Part shown: one piece after another, positions 6,531 to 13,725 of the stretch
Layout: every line of letters starts with the position of its first letter
How positions within the stretch are numbered: position 1 is the stretch's first letter
IMG/VR virus record: IMGVR_UViG_3300033141_000684
Source: an uncultured virus (IMG/VR IMGVR_UViG_3300033141_000684)
Lineage: Duplodnaviria > Heunggongvirae > Uroviricota > Caudoviricetes
DNA length: 20,000 bases
Reading direction: 5' to 3' (one strand)
Position numbers and translations under genes: made by a program
Notes under the pieces: model-generated
What the model saw: the letters and a program-made list of their open reading frames with translations, nothing else
What the model was told of the DNA's origin: nothing
Database searches by the model: none

Positions 6531-7045
6531 AATCCGAACCTCGTCGCGAGGTTGCTCAACTGTTGCTCACCGAACACTTCGGCGACCGTGCGGTTACCGA
6601 CCCGGTAGAGCAGGTTCGCGTAGAACGCGCCGAGATTGCTCTCGTTGCGGGCTCGATCTTTGTGGTGATCGGCTGCGCGAGAGAGTAAGTCGCGGTTGGC
6701 ATCACCGAGGCGTGAGCCGTTGAAGAGCTTCATGTCGAGCATGCTGCGACGGCCGGCTGCGACGAGCGCCGGGTCTGGTTGCCGGGGCTCGATCTTGACG
6801 ACCTTAGTCGAAGGCGTCGGCTCTTTGGTGACGACGTCGGTCGCTGGCTTATCTAGCTGCTTGATCAGCTCCCAGATAGCGAGGTCTAACTTCGGGCGCA
6901 AGAGCGTCTTAAAGAGAACACTGTCGGCCATCACTCGCCGCTCGATCGCTTCGGCGGCTTCGGTTCTGGTCGCTGACTCTTCGATGATTTTAATCGCCAT
7001 CGAGCGCAGGCGTGTCAGAGCGAGCGGGTCTTTCTCAGTTTGCAT
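6527..7045 (-). CDS. hypothetical protein coupled to the Tas-like gene (candidate accessory factor)
   Basis: 172 aa; its TGA overlaps the Tas ATG (ATGA); helical N-domain, Pro/Thr linker, C-domain MLDMKLFNGSRLGDANRDLL...TVAEVFGEQQL. Confidence 0.75.
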   Translation of the reverse strand: MQTEKDPLALTRLRSMAIKIIEESATRTEAAEAIERRVMADSVLFKTLLRPKLDLAIWELIKQLDKPATDVVTKEPTPSTKVVKIEPRQPDPALVAAGRRSMLDMKLFNGSRLGDANRDLLSRAADHHKDRARNESNLGAFYANLLYRVGNRTVAEVFGEQQLSNLATRFGL

Positions 7046-7304
7046 CGCGAACCTCTCTGCGTTCTTCTGCGACGCCTGCGTAATAGTAGCCGGCTTGCTG
7101 GGCGGCGTGGTTGCGCTTGTTGCGCTCAGCGCGTCGGTTGCGCTTGCGGTTCGCCTTTATCTGCATCTCGATCACCGTGTCGGGGCTCGGCTTGGGCGGC
7201 ATTATTGTGCGACCGCTTGGCTCGCCGACTGCGCGTTCGAGCGCGTCAGAGATCGCCTTGAAAAAACCGGCCTGGTGTTGCCGTGCAACTTGTTTCTGTT
7301 TCAT
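7035..7304 (-). CDS. basic hypothetical protein (89 aa)
   Basis: AAGGCAGGA RBS upstream; Arg/Lys-rich NRKRNRRAERNKRN; overlaps the next ORF. Confidence 0.65.
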   Translation of the reverse strand: MKQKQVARQHQAGFFKAISDALERAVGEPSGRTIMPPKPSPDTVIEMQIKANRKRNRRAERNKRNHAAQQAGYYYAGVAEERREVRDAN

Positions 7305-7336
7305 GTTCCTGCCTTTTCGACTGTTTGTTGAAGGTT

Positions 7337-7395
7337 GAAGGGCCGACCGTGGAGGGGTCAGCCGGCCCTTCGGGGCTCAGCTCAAGGGGAGAGCT
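7337..7395 (-). other. two hairpins with C-rich loops downstream of the SSB gene
   Basis: AGCTC-TCCCCTT-GAGCT (7379-7395) and GAAGGGCCGGCTG-ACCCCTCCA-CGGTCGGCCCTTC (7337-7371; 13 bp with G-U pairs that form only on the minus strand). No U-tract follows. Confidence 0.55.
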
Positions 7396-7396
7396 T

Positions 7397-7936
7397 TTAC
7401 TGAGCCCATGCCGGCCTGTCGCCTGCAGCGGGCGCTACTGGCGGGGCCGTATTGGCTACACCCTGAGCGGGTGCGACTGGGGCGGGCGCGGCCTGTTGTC
7501 CGACGGGTGTCGGGGCTGCGCCGCCCATAGCTGGGGCTAGAGCCGACGCCTTGAACTTCTTGATGATGTTCTTGTCGTCGTACTGGCCGGTCTTGTCGAC
7601 CTCGATGCCGACCGCACCGATGAACGGCTTGTCGTGCAACTGCGTGCTATCGCTGACCTGCATCACGCCGACAGCTCGGCAAAGGCCAGACAGCTCGCGC
7701 TGACCGATCTCTTCTGCGGTCGGGTTCTGGTTTGCGATGTTGATGCGGCCGAAAATCTTGCGGCCGGCATACTGACCCTCAAGCACCTCGGCCTCGTATT
7801 CGAGATAGTGTCCGGTGCCGGCCTTGGTCGGCTTGATGTCGGTCGAGCGAATGCAGAGCAAATAGTCGCCTTTCGGGAAGGTATCGTATGAGCTGCTCGG
7901 GTCTACTTGGGAAGCGTCAAAATTCATTTGAGCCAT
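7397..7936 (-). CDS. DUF669-family phage single-stranded DNA-binding protein
   Basis: MNFDASQVDP..YDTFPKGDY...K.TKAGTGHYL...VLEGQYAGRKIF..INI.NQNPTAEEIGQRELSGLCRAVG; Pro/Ala tail ending PAW; follows the Sak4-like gene. Confidence 0.88.
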   Translation of the reverse strand: MAQMNFDASQVDPSSSYDTFPKGDYLLCIRSTDIKPTKAGTGHYLEYEAEVLEGQYAGRKIFGRINIANQNPTAEEIGQRELSGLCRAVGVMQVSDSTQLHDKPFIGAVGIEVDKTGQYDDKNIIKKFKASALAPAMGGAAPTPVGQQAAPAPVAPAQGVANTAPPVAPAAGDRPAWAQ

Positions 7937-7966
7937 TGTTTTTTCACCTATAGGTTGTTGTCAAAA

Positions 7967-8077
7967 AATGCGTTGCCGTGTTTGTTAGGCCAGACGACGC
8001 TGAGCTGCCTGGCTGCATTGATCCTCGACGGCTTGAGGCTGAGCGGGTTGGCATGACCCTGCCGAGGTCGCCCGCTC
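7967..8077 (-). promoter_or_regulatory. candidate structured 5' leader RNA of the SSB gene
   Basis: The 149-nt intergenic gap has GAGCGGG/CCCGCTC, CCTC/GAGG, AATGC/GCATT and GCCAGGC/GTCTGGC stems, and loop GCCGT is complementary to a downstream ACGGC. Confidence 0.5.
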
Positions 8078-8085
8078 TTTGCTCA

Positions 8086-8904
8086 TTACCCGGCAGCCGC
8101 CACCTGATCACCCTCGTCGGGCGCTGCAGGTTCAGGCTGGGGTTGTGCCGCTGAGGTCTTGCGCGTCAGCGCGAGCGCCTCTTCGAAGGCCTGCCAGTTC
8201 AACGGCAGCTCTTCGGGCAGAGAGTATCGGTTCTTCGCAACAAAGGCCGGCTTCTCGACGGTATACATGACACGCTCGCCGGTCGTAATGCCTCGGGCGC
8301 GTGACTTGTTGAAGCCCTGGTCTTCTTTCAAGACGTGCATCTTGTGATTAGCGAAGAGGATGACATCGACAAGCTCTTGCACCATGCCGTTAGCCCGCTT
8401 GTGCAACTTGATGTCGTAGCGGTCGAAGGCTTCGTGCTCTGGCGATTCGAACTTGAGAATCTGCGCGTGCGCCGTCAGGATCACCGCCATATTCTTGTGA
8501 TTGCGAAGCGCGTCGAGCAACCAGATAATCTGACGCCAATAGACGTCGGCCTCAACATAGCCCTTGCCGTAGCCGGGGCTCTCGATAGAGTCCCAGCCGT
8601 GGGCCTCGCAGGTCTTTTGCCAGACGAGCGGCTCAAGGTGATCGAGCGAGTCGATGACGACGGTCTTATAGTCGTGGTCACCCTCGCCGAGCGCGTTAAG
8701 CGCAGAGATGACGTCGTCGTAGCTCTGAGCTATGCCGAAAGTGTCGATCTCAAGTGAGCCTTCACCGTCTTCGGTTTGAATGAAGATAGGCTTCGGCGCG
8801 TTCGCTGCGAACGTCGTCTTGCCCATGCCGTGCGTCGAATAAATCAACGTGCGCGGCGGTTTGGTGTCGCTAGTGCGACGAATTGAATCGAGGGCGAATG
8901 CCAT
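8086..8904 (-). CDS. Sak4-like AAA_24 ATPase (phage single-strand annealing protein)
   Basis: PPRTLIYSTHGMGKTTFAANAPKPIFIQTEDG (Walker A), YKTVVIDSLDHLE (Walker B), GYGKGY, AKNRYSLP. Confidence 0.9.
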   Translation of the reverse strand: MAFALDSIRRTSDTKPPRTLIYSTHGMGKTTFAANAPKPIFIQTEDGEGSLEIDTFGIAQSYDDVISALNALGEGDHDYKTVVIDSLDHLEPLVWQKTCEAHGWDSIESPGYGKGYVEADVYWRQIIWLLDALRNHKNMAVILTAHAQILKFESPEHEAFDRYDIKLHKRANGMVQELVDVILFANHKMHVLKEDQGFNKSRARGITTGERVMYTVEKPAFVAKNRYSLPEELPLNWQAFEEALALTRKTSAAQPQPEPAAPDEGDQVAAAG

Positions 8905-8940
8905 CTTGTTTTTACTCCCCAGCGTCTATATGCGCTGTTG

Positions 8941-9234
8941 TTATGAAAAGAGACTGTAACCTATGACGCCGAAGCATGCAACTGTTACGGCACTAGAAAA
9001 ACAAATAAAAAAGAAATAAGCCCGCTCTTTTTTATTCATCGGGTACGGGTCTCGATCAAAATCGATCAGACCGAGCGGGTCGTCGTCAGATAATGCCTCG
9101 CGACGCTGGCGCTCGAACTGAGCCTTTACGCGGTCACCGATTCGCATGTCATCGTCAACGACAACACCGAGTAGCTCGTCGTCGGTCATGTTCGCGAGGT
9201 CTTCGTCTGTCGGGACTAATACTGGCCGACTCAT
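8941..9234 (-). CDS. hypothetical protein with C-terminal transmembrane helix
   Basis: Acidic N-terminus, hydrophobic AYFFFICFSSAVTVACFGVIGYSLF end; ATGA overlap with the upstream ORF. Confidence 0.65.
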   Translation of the reverse strand: MSRPVLVPTDEDLANMTDDELLGVVVDDDMRIGDRVKAQFERQRREALSDDDPLGLIDFDRDPYPMNKKERAYFFFICFSSAVTVACFGVIGYSLFS

Positions 9235-9707
9235 GATTCGATGCTCTTAATGCTGACGCTCGGCTTCGCGGCGTAGCGTTCGATGCCGGCCTCGGTCACG
9301 AGCTTCGTATAAAGGTCGAGGTTGTTGTTCTTGATCGCGTCGAGCTTCTTAACGTCGATCGAGTAGGTCACCTTGATCGGCATGTCATCCTGGGCGATGC
9401 CGGCAGCACTTAGCACTTCCCAGAGCTGGGCGCGGCCTTCGTCATTGTCGCCGACGAACCTAGCCTTCTGCTCGTCTTTCACCGTCACCGAGTAGCGTGC
9501 GCCTTTAGTGGTTTTCGATCCGCTGGCTTGCGGGTGCCGCTGCAGATGGCTGAGCGAGAGCAGAAGCTCTTCGGCCTTAATGCGTTCAGCTTTCGCGCCG
9601 CTCTCGGCGCGCTTCTTGTCTTCGAGATCGTGCGCCAGGTAGTCGAGGATATTGCCGTCGGGCTCGTTATTCCCGTCGGGCATATTGTTAAGGGCGGGTT
9701 GTGTCAT
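9231..9707 (-). CDS. phage protein of the type often found upstream of Sak4/SSB modules
   Basis: N-terminal coiled coil, GSKT..G.RYSVTV, C-terminal AKPSVSIK; GGAG RBS. Confidence 0.75.
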   Translation of the reverse strand: MTQPALNNMPDGNNEPDGNILDYLAHDLEDKKRAESGAKAERIKAEELLLSLSHLQRHPQASGSKTTKGARYSVTVKDEQKARFVGDNDEGRAQLWEVLSAAGIAQDDMPIKVTYSIDVKKLDAIKNNNLDLYTKLVTEAGIERYAAKPSVSIKSIES

Positions 9708-9722
9708 CGTGTTGCTCTCCGT

Positions 9723-10019
9723 TTAGTGTGGCGGTTCGCCGGTGGTGTCTGGGCCGGGCTGGCCCTTTGACGCTTTCTTGATTCGTTCCTGCAAGGCTTG
9801 GTCTGTTATCCGCTCGGCATCATAGACCATTGCGTAAAGGTTGCGCAGCACAATCTTCGCCGACCTGATGCCGAACCTGCCAATGTACCGTTTGAAGGTC
9901 TGAGCGACGACAATCGCGTACACCGTGCGTCCTAGCTCCCGGTCATTGCCGATGGCCCGCTCGAAGTTGTTCAGTACCTCGTTGACGTGCCGAACGAATT
10001 GCTGGTTGTCGTCGCTCAT
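9723..10019 (-). CDS. hypothetical phage protein (98 aa)
   Basis: Closely spaced ORF in the leftward operon. Confidence 0.65.
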   Translation of the reverse strand: MSDDNQQFVRHVNEVLNNFERAIGNDRELGRTVYAIVVAQTFKRYIGRFGIRSAKIVLRNLYAMVYDAERITDQALQERIKKASKGQPGPDTTGEPPH

Positions 10020-10022
10020 AAA

Positions 10023-10178
10023 CTAGGCAGCCGCCGGCAGTTCGTCGTCTGGGTCGATCGGCAGCACGTCGATCACGATCTCTTCGATCACAAGCGACTC
10101 TAGCTCTTCGACGGTCAGCTCGACGATGCCGCACTGCTGCGGCGTCTGTTGAACATGCTGTACCGTGTAACCTTTCAT
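10023..10178 (-). CDS. small acidic protein (51 aa), first gene of the leftward operon
   Basis: Not in the ORF track: MKGYTVQHVQQTPQQCGIVELTVEELESLVIEEIVIDVLPIDPDDELPAAA; ends 3 nt before the next ATG and lies just downstream of the leftward promoter. Confidence 0.6.
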   Translation of the reverse strand: MKGYTVQHVQQTPQQCGIVELTVEELESLVIEEIVIDVLPIDPDDELPAAA

Positions 10179-10201
10179 CTCGTCGTAGTTTACCTGATCA
10201 G

Positions 10202-10229
10202 CCTATACCGTGTCAGCATGAGATTGCAA
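10202..10229 (-). promoter_or_regulatory. putative leftward sigma70 promoter
   Basis: TTGCAA-16 nt-TATAGG (or 18 nt-TAGGCT) on the minus strand. Confidence 0.5.
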
Positions 10230-10276
10230 GGTTTTTGTGTGGGTTGTGCGATTTTCGTCACAATCCCACTACGCCC

Positions 10277-10305
10277 TTGACCTCGGCATGCCGTCGCAGT
10301 ATATT
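10277..10305 (+). promoter_or_regulatory. putative rightward sigma70 promoter
   Basis: TTGACC-17 nt-TATATT upstream of the Cro-like gene. Confidence 0.7.
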
Positions 10306-10353
10306 CGGCCGTTCCGGTCAATACTACCGGCAAACCATTCGAAAAGGCAAATA

Positions 10354-10599
10354 ATGAGCAAGACAACACAAGCGGCAGAAGTCACGGCCGCGACTCTGAC
10401 ACTGGGCGACTACATCGAGGGGCGAGACCTGACACAAGACGCGGTCGCGAAAAGGTTAGGCGTGACTCAAGCGGCCGTCAGCCGATGGCTGTCTACACCG
10501 AGCCGGCGCATTCGTGTCGAGCTGTACAAAGACGGCAACATCGACATCGTCGAGAACAAGGTGATCGCAACATCGCGAAAAAGACGCGCACGCAAGTAG
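10354..10599 (+). CDS. Cro/XRE-like HTH transcriptional regulator
   Basis: LGDYIEGRDLTQDAVAKRLGVTQAAVSRWL; ATG 10354 with AAGG RBS is preferred over 10237. Confidence 0.88.
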   Translation: MSKTTQAAEVTAATLTLGDYIEGRDLTQDAVAKRLGVTQAAVSRWLSTPSRRIRVELYKDGNIDIVENKVIATSRKRRARK

Positions 10600-10608
10600 G
10601 GCGCTGCC

Positions 10609-12588
10609 ATGACAGAACAGACACTCGACCCGAGCGAGTGCGCGCACGACCTCTTCGAAGAAGGGTTGCATGTTTTCCCGATCAAGGCAAAAGGCAAGCG
10701 GCCGCTCGTACCCTGGCAGACATACCAGACCCGACCGCCCTCTGATGAAGAGTTCGAGGGCTGGGTTAAACGCTGGCCGGGTTGTAACTGGGGGATCGCG
10801 ACGGGCGTGCAGTTCGTCGTCGTCGATGCCGATACCGCTGAGGGCGTCGCCTTCATGGAATCGGGCACCGTCACGCGAACACCGCGAAAGGTCACAACAA
10901 GCAAAGGGGCGCATTATTACTACGCGTTGACCCCAGAATTCACCATTCGAAACGGGACGGGCGACCATCTCGACGTGAGAGGTCAGGGCGGTTATGTCGT
11001 CGCTGAGGGCTCGGTTCACGAGACCGGCTTCGTCTATACCCGAGAGAACCCGTTGCCGGGCGTGCCCGATGGCATGCTTGACCTGCCCTACCTGACCCGC
11101 GACGACGTCACGGCGATCAATGCGTTCAATACCCGCACCGCCAAGCTAGAACGGCCGCCTGCCTATACAGTCGCCGGCGGGCTGAACTTCGACGCTAGTC
11201 TCGTCGACCCCGACGAAGAGCCTCAAGAGCGCAAGCCGATCTTAGAGCTGCCAGTCACCGAGGGCGGTCGCAACGATCACCTGAAGAGCCTGGTCGGCAA
11301 GTGGGCGAATGAGTCGATACCTCGCGGCGAGATCATGCAGCGGGCCTTCGACTGGAACGCCAAGAATCACCCCCCGATGTCGACCGATGAGGTCATGAAG
11401 ACCGTCATGTCGGTGATCAACACCATCGAGAACAACGGCCAGATCGTGCCGGTCACCAGCGAGGGGGCGGGGCGAACGACCGCCAAACTCGAAGAGGTGC
11501 CGATCTATGACGCCTTCGCGCTCATGGATGACCCGCGCAAGCTGCCGCCTTACCTGATCAACGGCCTCTTCAGGCAGGGCGACAACGTCGTGCTCGCCGG
11601 GCCGCCGAAGTCGATGAAGAGCTTCTTGCAAGCCGAGCTGATCTACTCGATCGCCTGGGGCGAAGACTTTCTCACCGACTTCGAGGTCGAGAGCGAGGGC
11701 AAGCCGGTCGTCTGGATTCAGGCCGAGATGCCCTGGTACGAGACGCAGCGGCGCTTGCTGGCGCACCCTTTGGCGGTCGAGCGCAAGAACAGCGGCCTAC
11801 CCTCGAACCTTCACATCACCGACCGCCTGAAGACGCTGGCGTTCGATGAGCACGGCGTCGAGTATCTGATCGACGAGCTGCTCAAACGGCTTGACGGCGA
11901 GATACCGGCGGTTCTGGCGGTCGACTCGCTCGCCTCGGTCTTCGCAGAAGACAACGAGAACGACAACGCCGACATGCAGTTCTTTCTGCGCAACCGGCTC
12001 GGGCGCTTTCGTGAGGTCTTCGGCGACGATCTGACCATTGTCTTGCTGCACCATAGCAACAAGGGCAAGGTCGCAGACCTGCGAAAAGACCCATTCAATA
12101 GCCTGCGCGGGGCGTCTGCTCTGCGGGGCTGGTACTCGGCCGGTATGGTCATGTTCAAAGAGAACCCGGTCGATCAGCACGCTGAGATTCACTTCGAGAT
12201 GCGGGGCGAGATGCCCATCGAGCAGATCAACGTCGAGCTGCAGAATGGTCAACTTCGCCGCTTTGAGAAGCCTGACGTCGACAGCGACGCGATGGTTATG
12301 TCAAGTTACGAGCAGGAATTCTTGAACGCCGTGAAGGTGTTCGAGAAGGATGGCCGGCCATTGACGACGGCCAAAACTGGCGGCGGTCCATTCGCGCCGA
12401 GAGAGATCACGCTCTTCAAGAAGGTCAAAAAGGGCACCGCGTTCAACAAACGGCTGCGGGTTTATGAAGAGGCAATGCACAACTTAATTGACCAAGGTAA
12501 GCTCGAAGTAGTCGACATGTCATCGAAGCGGGGCGGCCTTAGCCGGCAGCTCTTTATCGCTGATAGTAATAAGAACGAAGAGGCTTAG
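10609..12588 (+). CDS. Prim-Pol primase-polymerase fused to PriCT and AAA_25 (RepA-like) helicase
   Basis: GLHVFP..KGKRP, NWGIATG..FVVVDAD, T.SKGAHYYY, DVRGQGGYVV (Prim-Pol); EGGRND...PPMS.DEV (PriCT); LAGPPKSMKS, LAVDSL, LLHHSNK, RGASAL (AAA_25). Confidence 0.92.
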   Translation: MTEQTLDPSECAHDLFEEGLHVFPIKAKGKRPLVPWQTYQTRPPSDEEFEGWVKRWPGCNWGIATGVQFVVVDADTAEGVAFMESGTVTRTPRKVTTSKGAHYYYALTPEFTIRNGTGDHLDVRGQGGYVVAEGSVHETGFVYTRENPLPGVPDGMLDLPYLTRDDVTAINAFNTRTAKLERPPAYTVAGGLNFDASLVDPDEEPQERKPILELPVTEGGRNDHLKSLVGKWANESIPRGEIMQRAFDWNAKNHPPMSTDEVMKTVMSVINTIENNGQIVPVTSEGAGRTTAKLEEVPIYDAFALMDDPRKLPPYLINGLFRQGDNVVLAGPPKSMKSFLQAELIYSIAWGEDFLTDFEVESEGKPVVWIQAEMPWYETQRRLLAHPLAVERKNSGLPSNLHITDRLKTLAFDEHGVEYLIDELLKRLDGEIPAVLAVDSLASVFAEDNENDNADMQFFLRNRLGRFREVFGDDLTIVLLHHSNKGKVADLRKDPFNSLRGASALRGWYSAGMVMFKENPVDQHAEIHFEMRGEMPIEQINVELQNGQLRRFEKPDVDSDAMVMSSYEQEFLNAVKVFEKDGRPLTTAKTGGGPFAPREITLFKKVKKGTAFNKRLRVYEEAMHNLIDQGKLEVVDMSSKRGGLSRQLFIADSNKNEEA

Positions 12589-12600
12589 ATCAGAATGGCA

Positions 12601-12800
12601 TTGCAAAGTTATGTCAGAGTTCGGTCGGAGTTGTCGGAAAGATTTGCTAAGTCATTGATTTTAAAGGTGTGCAAAGTTCAAAGTAGTTGTCGGAAAGAAT
12701 TTTTAAGTGCTTGATTTTAAAGAACAAAGTTTTCAGAGTTTTTCTATATATAAATATATAAATATATTTGGGTGTCAGTACACCCCAAAATATATATTTA
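12601..12800. other. putative replication origin (direct repeats, IHF sites, AT-rich palindrome)
   Basis: 38-bp direct repeat at 12629-12666 and 12685-12722 (33/38 identical); repeated CARAGTT heptamers; two WATCAANNNNTTR matches on the minus strand (12648-12660, 12704-12716); TA-rich imperfect inverted repeat ~12759-12800; directly after the primase-helicase. Confidence 0.7.
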
Positions 12801-13039
12801 CGTTTTTTTCAGCCGCGCTTCTCACCGCATGCTCGACGACGGCCTCAGATGCTCCCTGCGCCTCTTTGGCCTGCCTGAAAGCTGAGGCAAGGGCTGAGTG
12901 CTTTGTAACCGAGAGGGCGGCTTGCCTTGAGTCTGGCTATGCGTATCGGCGCGAGAACAACGTCGATGTTTTTATGGCTGATTGGCGTCAGGGCTGCTCA
13001 AGTTTGGCGGGTGAGCGATGCGCCCGAATGGCCCGATGA
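12707..13039 (+). CDS. possible Cys-rich lipoprotein (start uncertain)
   Basis: KYIFTFFSAALLTAC looks like a lipoprotein signal with an LTAC lipobox, but no canonical start codon lies next to it; its stop overlaps the next ATG. Confidence 0.45.
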   Translation: MLDFKEQSFQSFSIYKYINIFGCQYTPKYIFTFFSAALLTACSTTASDAPCASLACLKAEARAECFVTERAACLESGYAYRRENNVDVFMADWRQGCSSLAGERCARMAR

Positions 13040-13248
13040 ATGGGTCTTTTCGGGAATGTTTTGCGCGCTATCGTGTACGAAATGGAAACATTGCGCGCAT
13101 GCGCGAGGAAACGATCGAGATGAACAAGAACCTTGTCAATGATTTACGGGCTCTGGCCGACCGGCTTGAGCGCGAAAAACGGGCCAGCACGACGCCGGCC
13201 GATCGCATTTACTTGATCGAGCTGCATCGGCGGCTGAGACGCAAGTGA
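13036..13248 (+). CDS. hypothetical protein
   Basis: ATGA overlap at 13036-13039; alternative start at 13120 after GAGGA. Confidence 0.5.
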   Translation: MNGSFRECFARYRVRNGNIARMREETIEMNKNLVNDLRALADRLEREKRASTTPADRIYLIELHRRLRRK

Positions 13249-13334
13249 AGTTCGACGCCTGGGTCGCCATGTACGGCCGGCCGCTGGCCTGGATAATGGT
13301 AATAATCTTTACAATTGGAGCGTTTTTGATATGA
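13245..13334 (+). CDS. 29-aa single-pass membrane peptide
   Basis: Not in the ORF track: MKFDAWVAMYGRPLAWIMVIIFTIGAFLI; 4-nt overlaps at both ends (GTGA, ATGA). Confidence 0.6.
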   Translation: MKFDAWVAMYGRPLAWIMVIIFTIGAFLI

Positions 13335-13723
13335 ACAAAAAACTTTACTTCACGAACCCCGAGTTCCGATACGACGAGATCAACGTCACCGTGCGGCTCG
13401 GCGACAAGTGGGCCGGCATGGGTCTTTTCGGGGAGGGGCTCTGCCCTGGTGAGTTCGTCGAGCTGGTCGAGACGGGCACCGAGGCGAGCTATGGCACCGC
13501 CGTCTGGGCGGGCTGTCTACTGGCGACCGTCGGCGAGCTGGCGATCGCTGAAGACCTGCTCAAGCTGGAACACGATGAGAGCTGCCAGAGCTTCGAGGGG
13601 CTGGTCGCTGAGCTGTGCCAGGTCTACGAGCTAGACGTGCTCGATACCGACGATCTTGTGACGGTTTGCTTTTTCATTCCGACGGGTTATACTCCCGGCG
13701 AAACAGAAAACAAGGCAGCCTGA
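13331..13723 (+). CDS. ASCH/PUA-like domain protein
   Basis: KKLYF...NVTVRLGDKW...PGEFVEL...SFEGLVAELCQVY...DDLVTVCFF follows the ASCH layout (T.R motif; C-terminal L...Y....VT.I.F). Confidence 0.65.
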   Translation: MNKKLYFTNPEFRYDEINVTVRLGDKWAGMGLFGEGLCPGEFVELVETGTEASYGTAVWAGCLLATVGELAIAEDLLKLEHDESCQSFEGLVAELCQVYELDVLDTDDLVTVCFFIPTGYTPGETENKAA

Positions 13724-13725
13724 CT

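Noticed and set aside
7337..7371. Intrinsic terminator after the SSB gene
   Set aside because: Strong stem but no U-tract on the coding strand.
7990..8040. Twister-like ribozyme suggested by CAAGCC and AATGCAGC
   Set aside because: The other conserved twister elements and pairings could not be placed; kept only as a generic structured leader.
9166..9495. Two ACCGAGTAG matches to unit 2 spacer A (near 9166 and 9487)
   Set aside because: Neither is flanked by the spacer B half (AGCTTTGAT).
10237..10353. N-terminal extension of the Cro-like ORF
   Set aside because: It overlaps the predicted promoter; ATG 10354 has an RBS and gives a typical Cro-sized protein.
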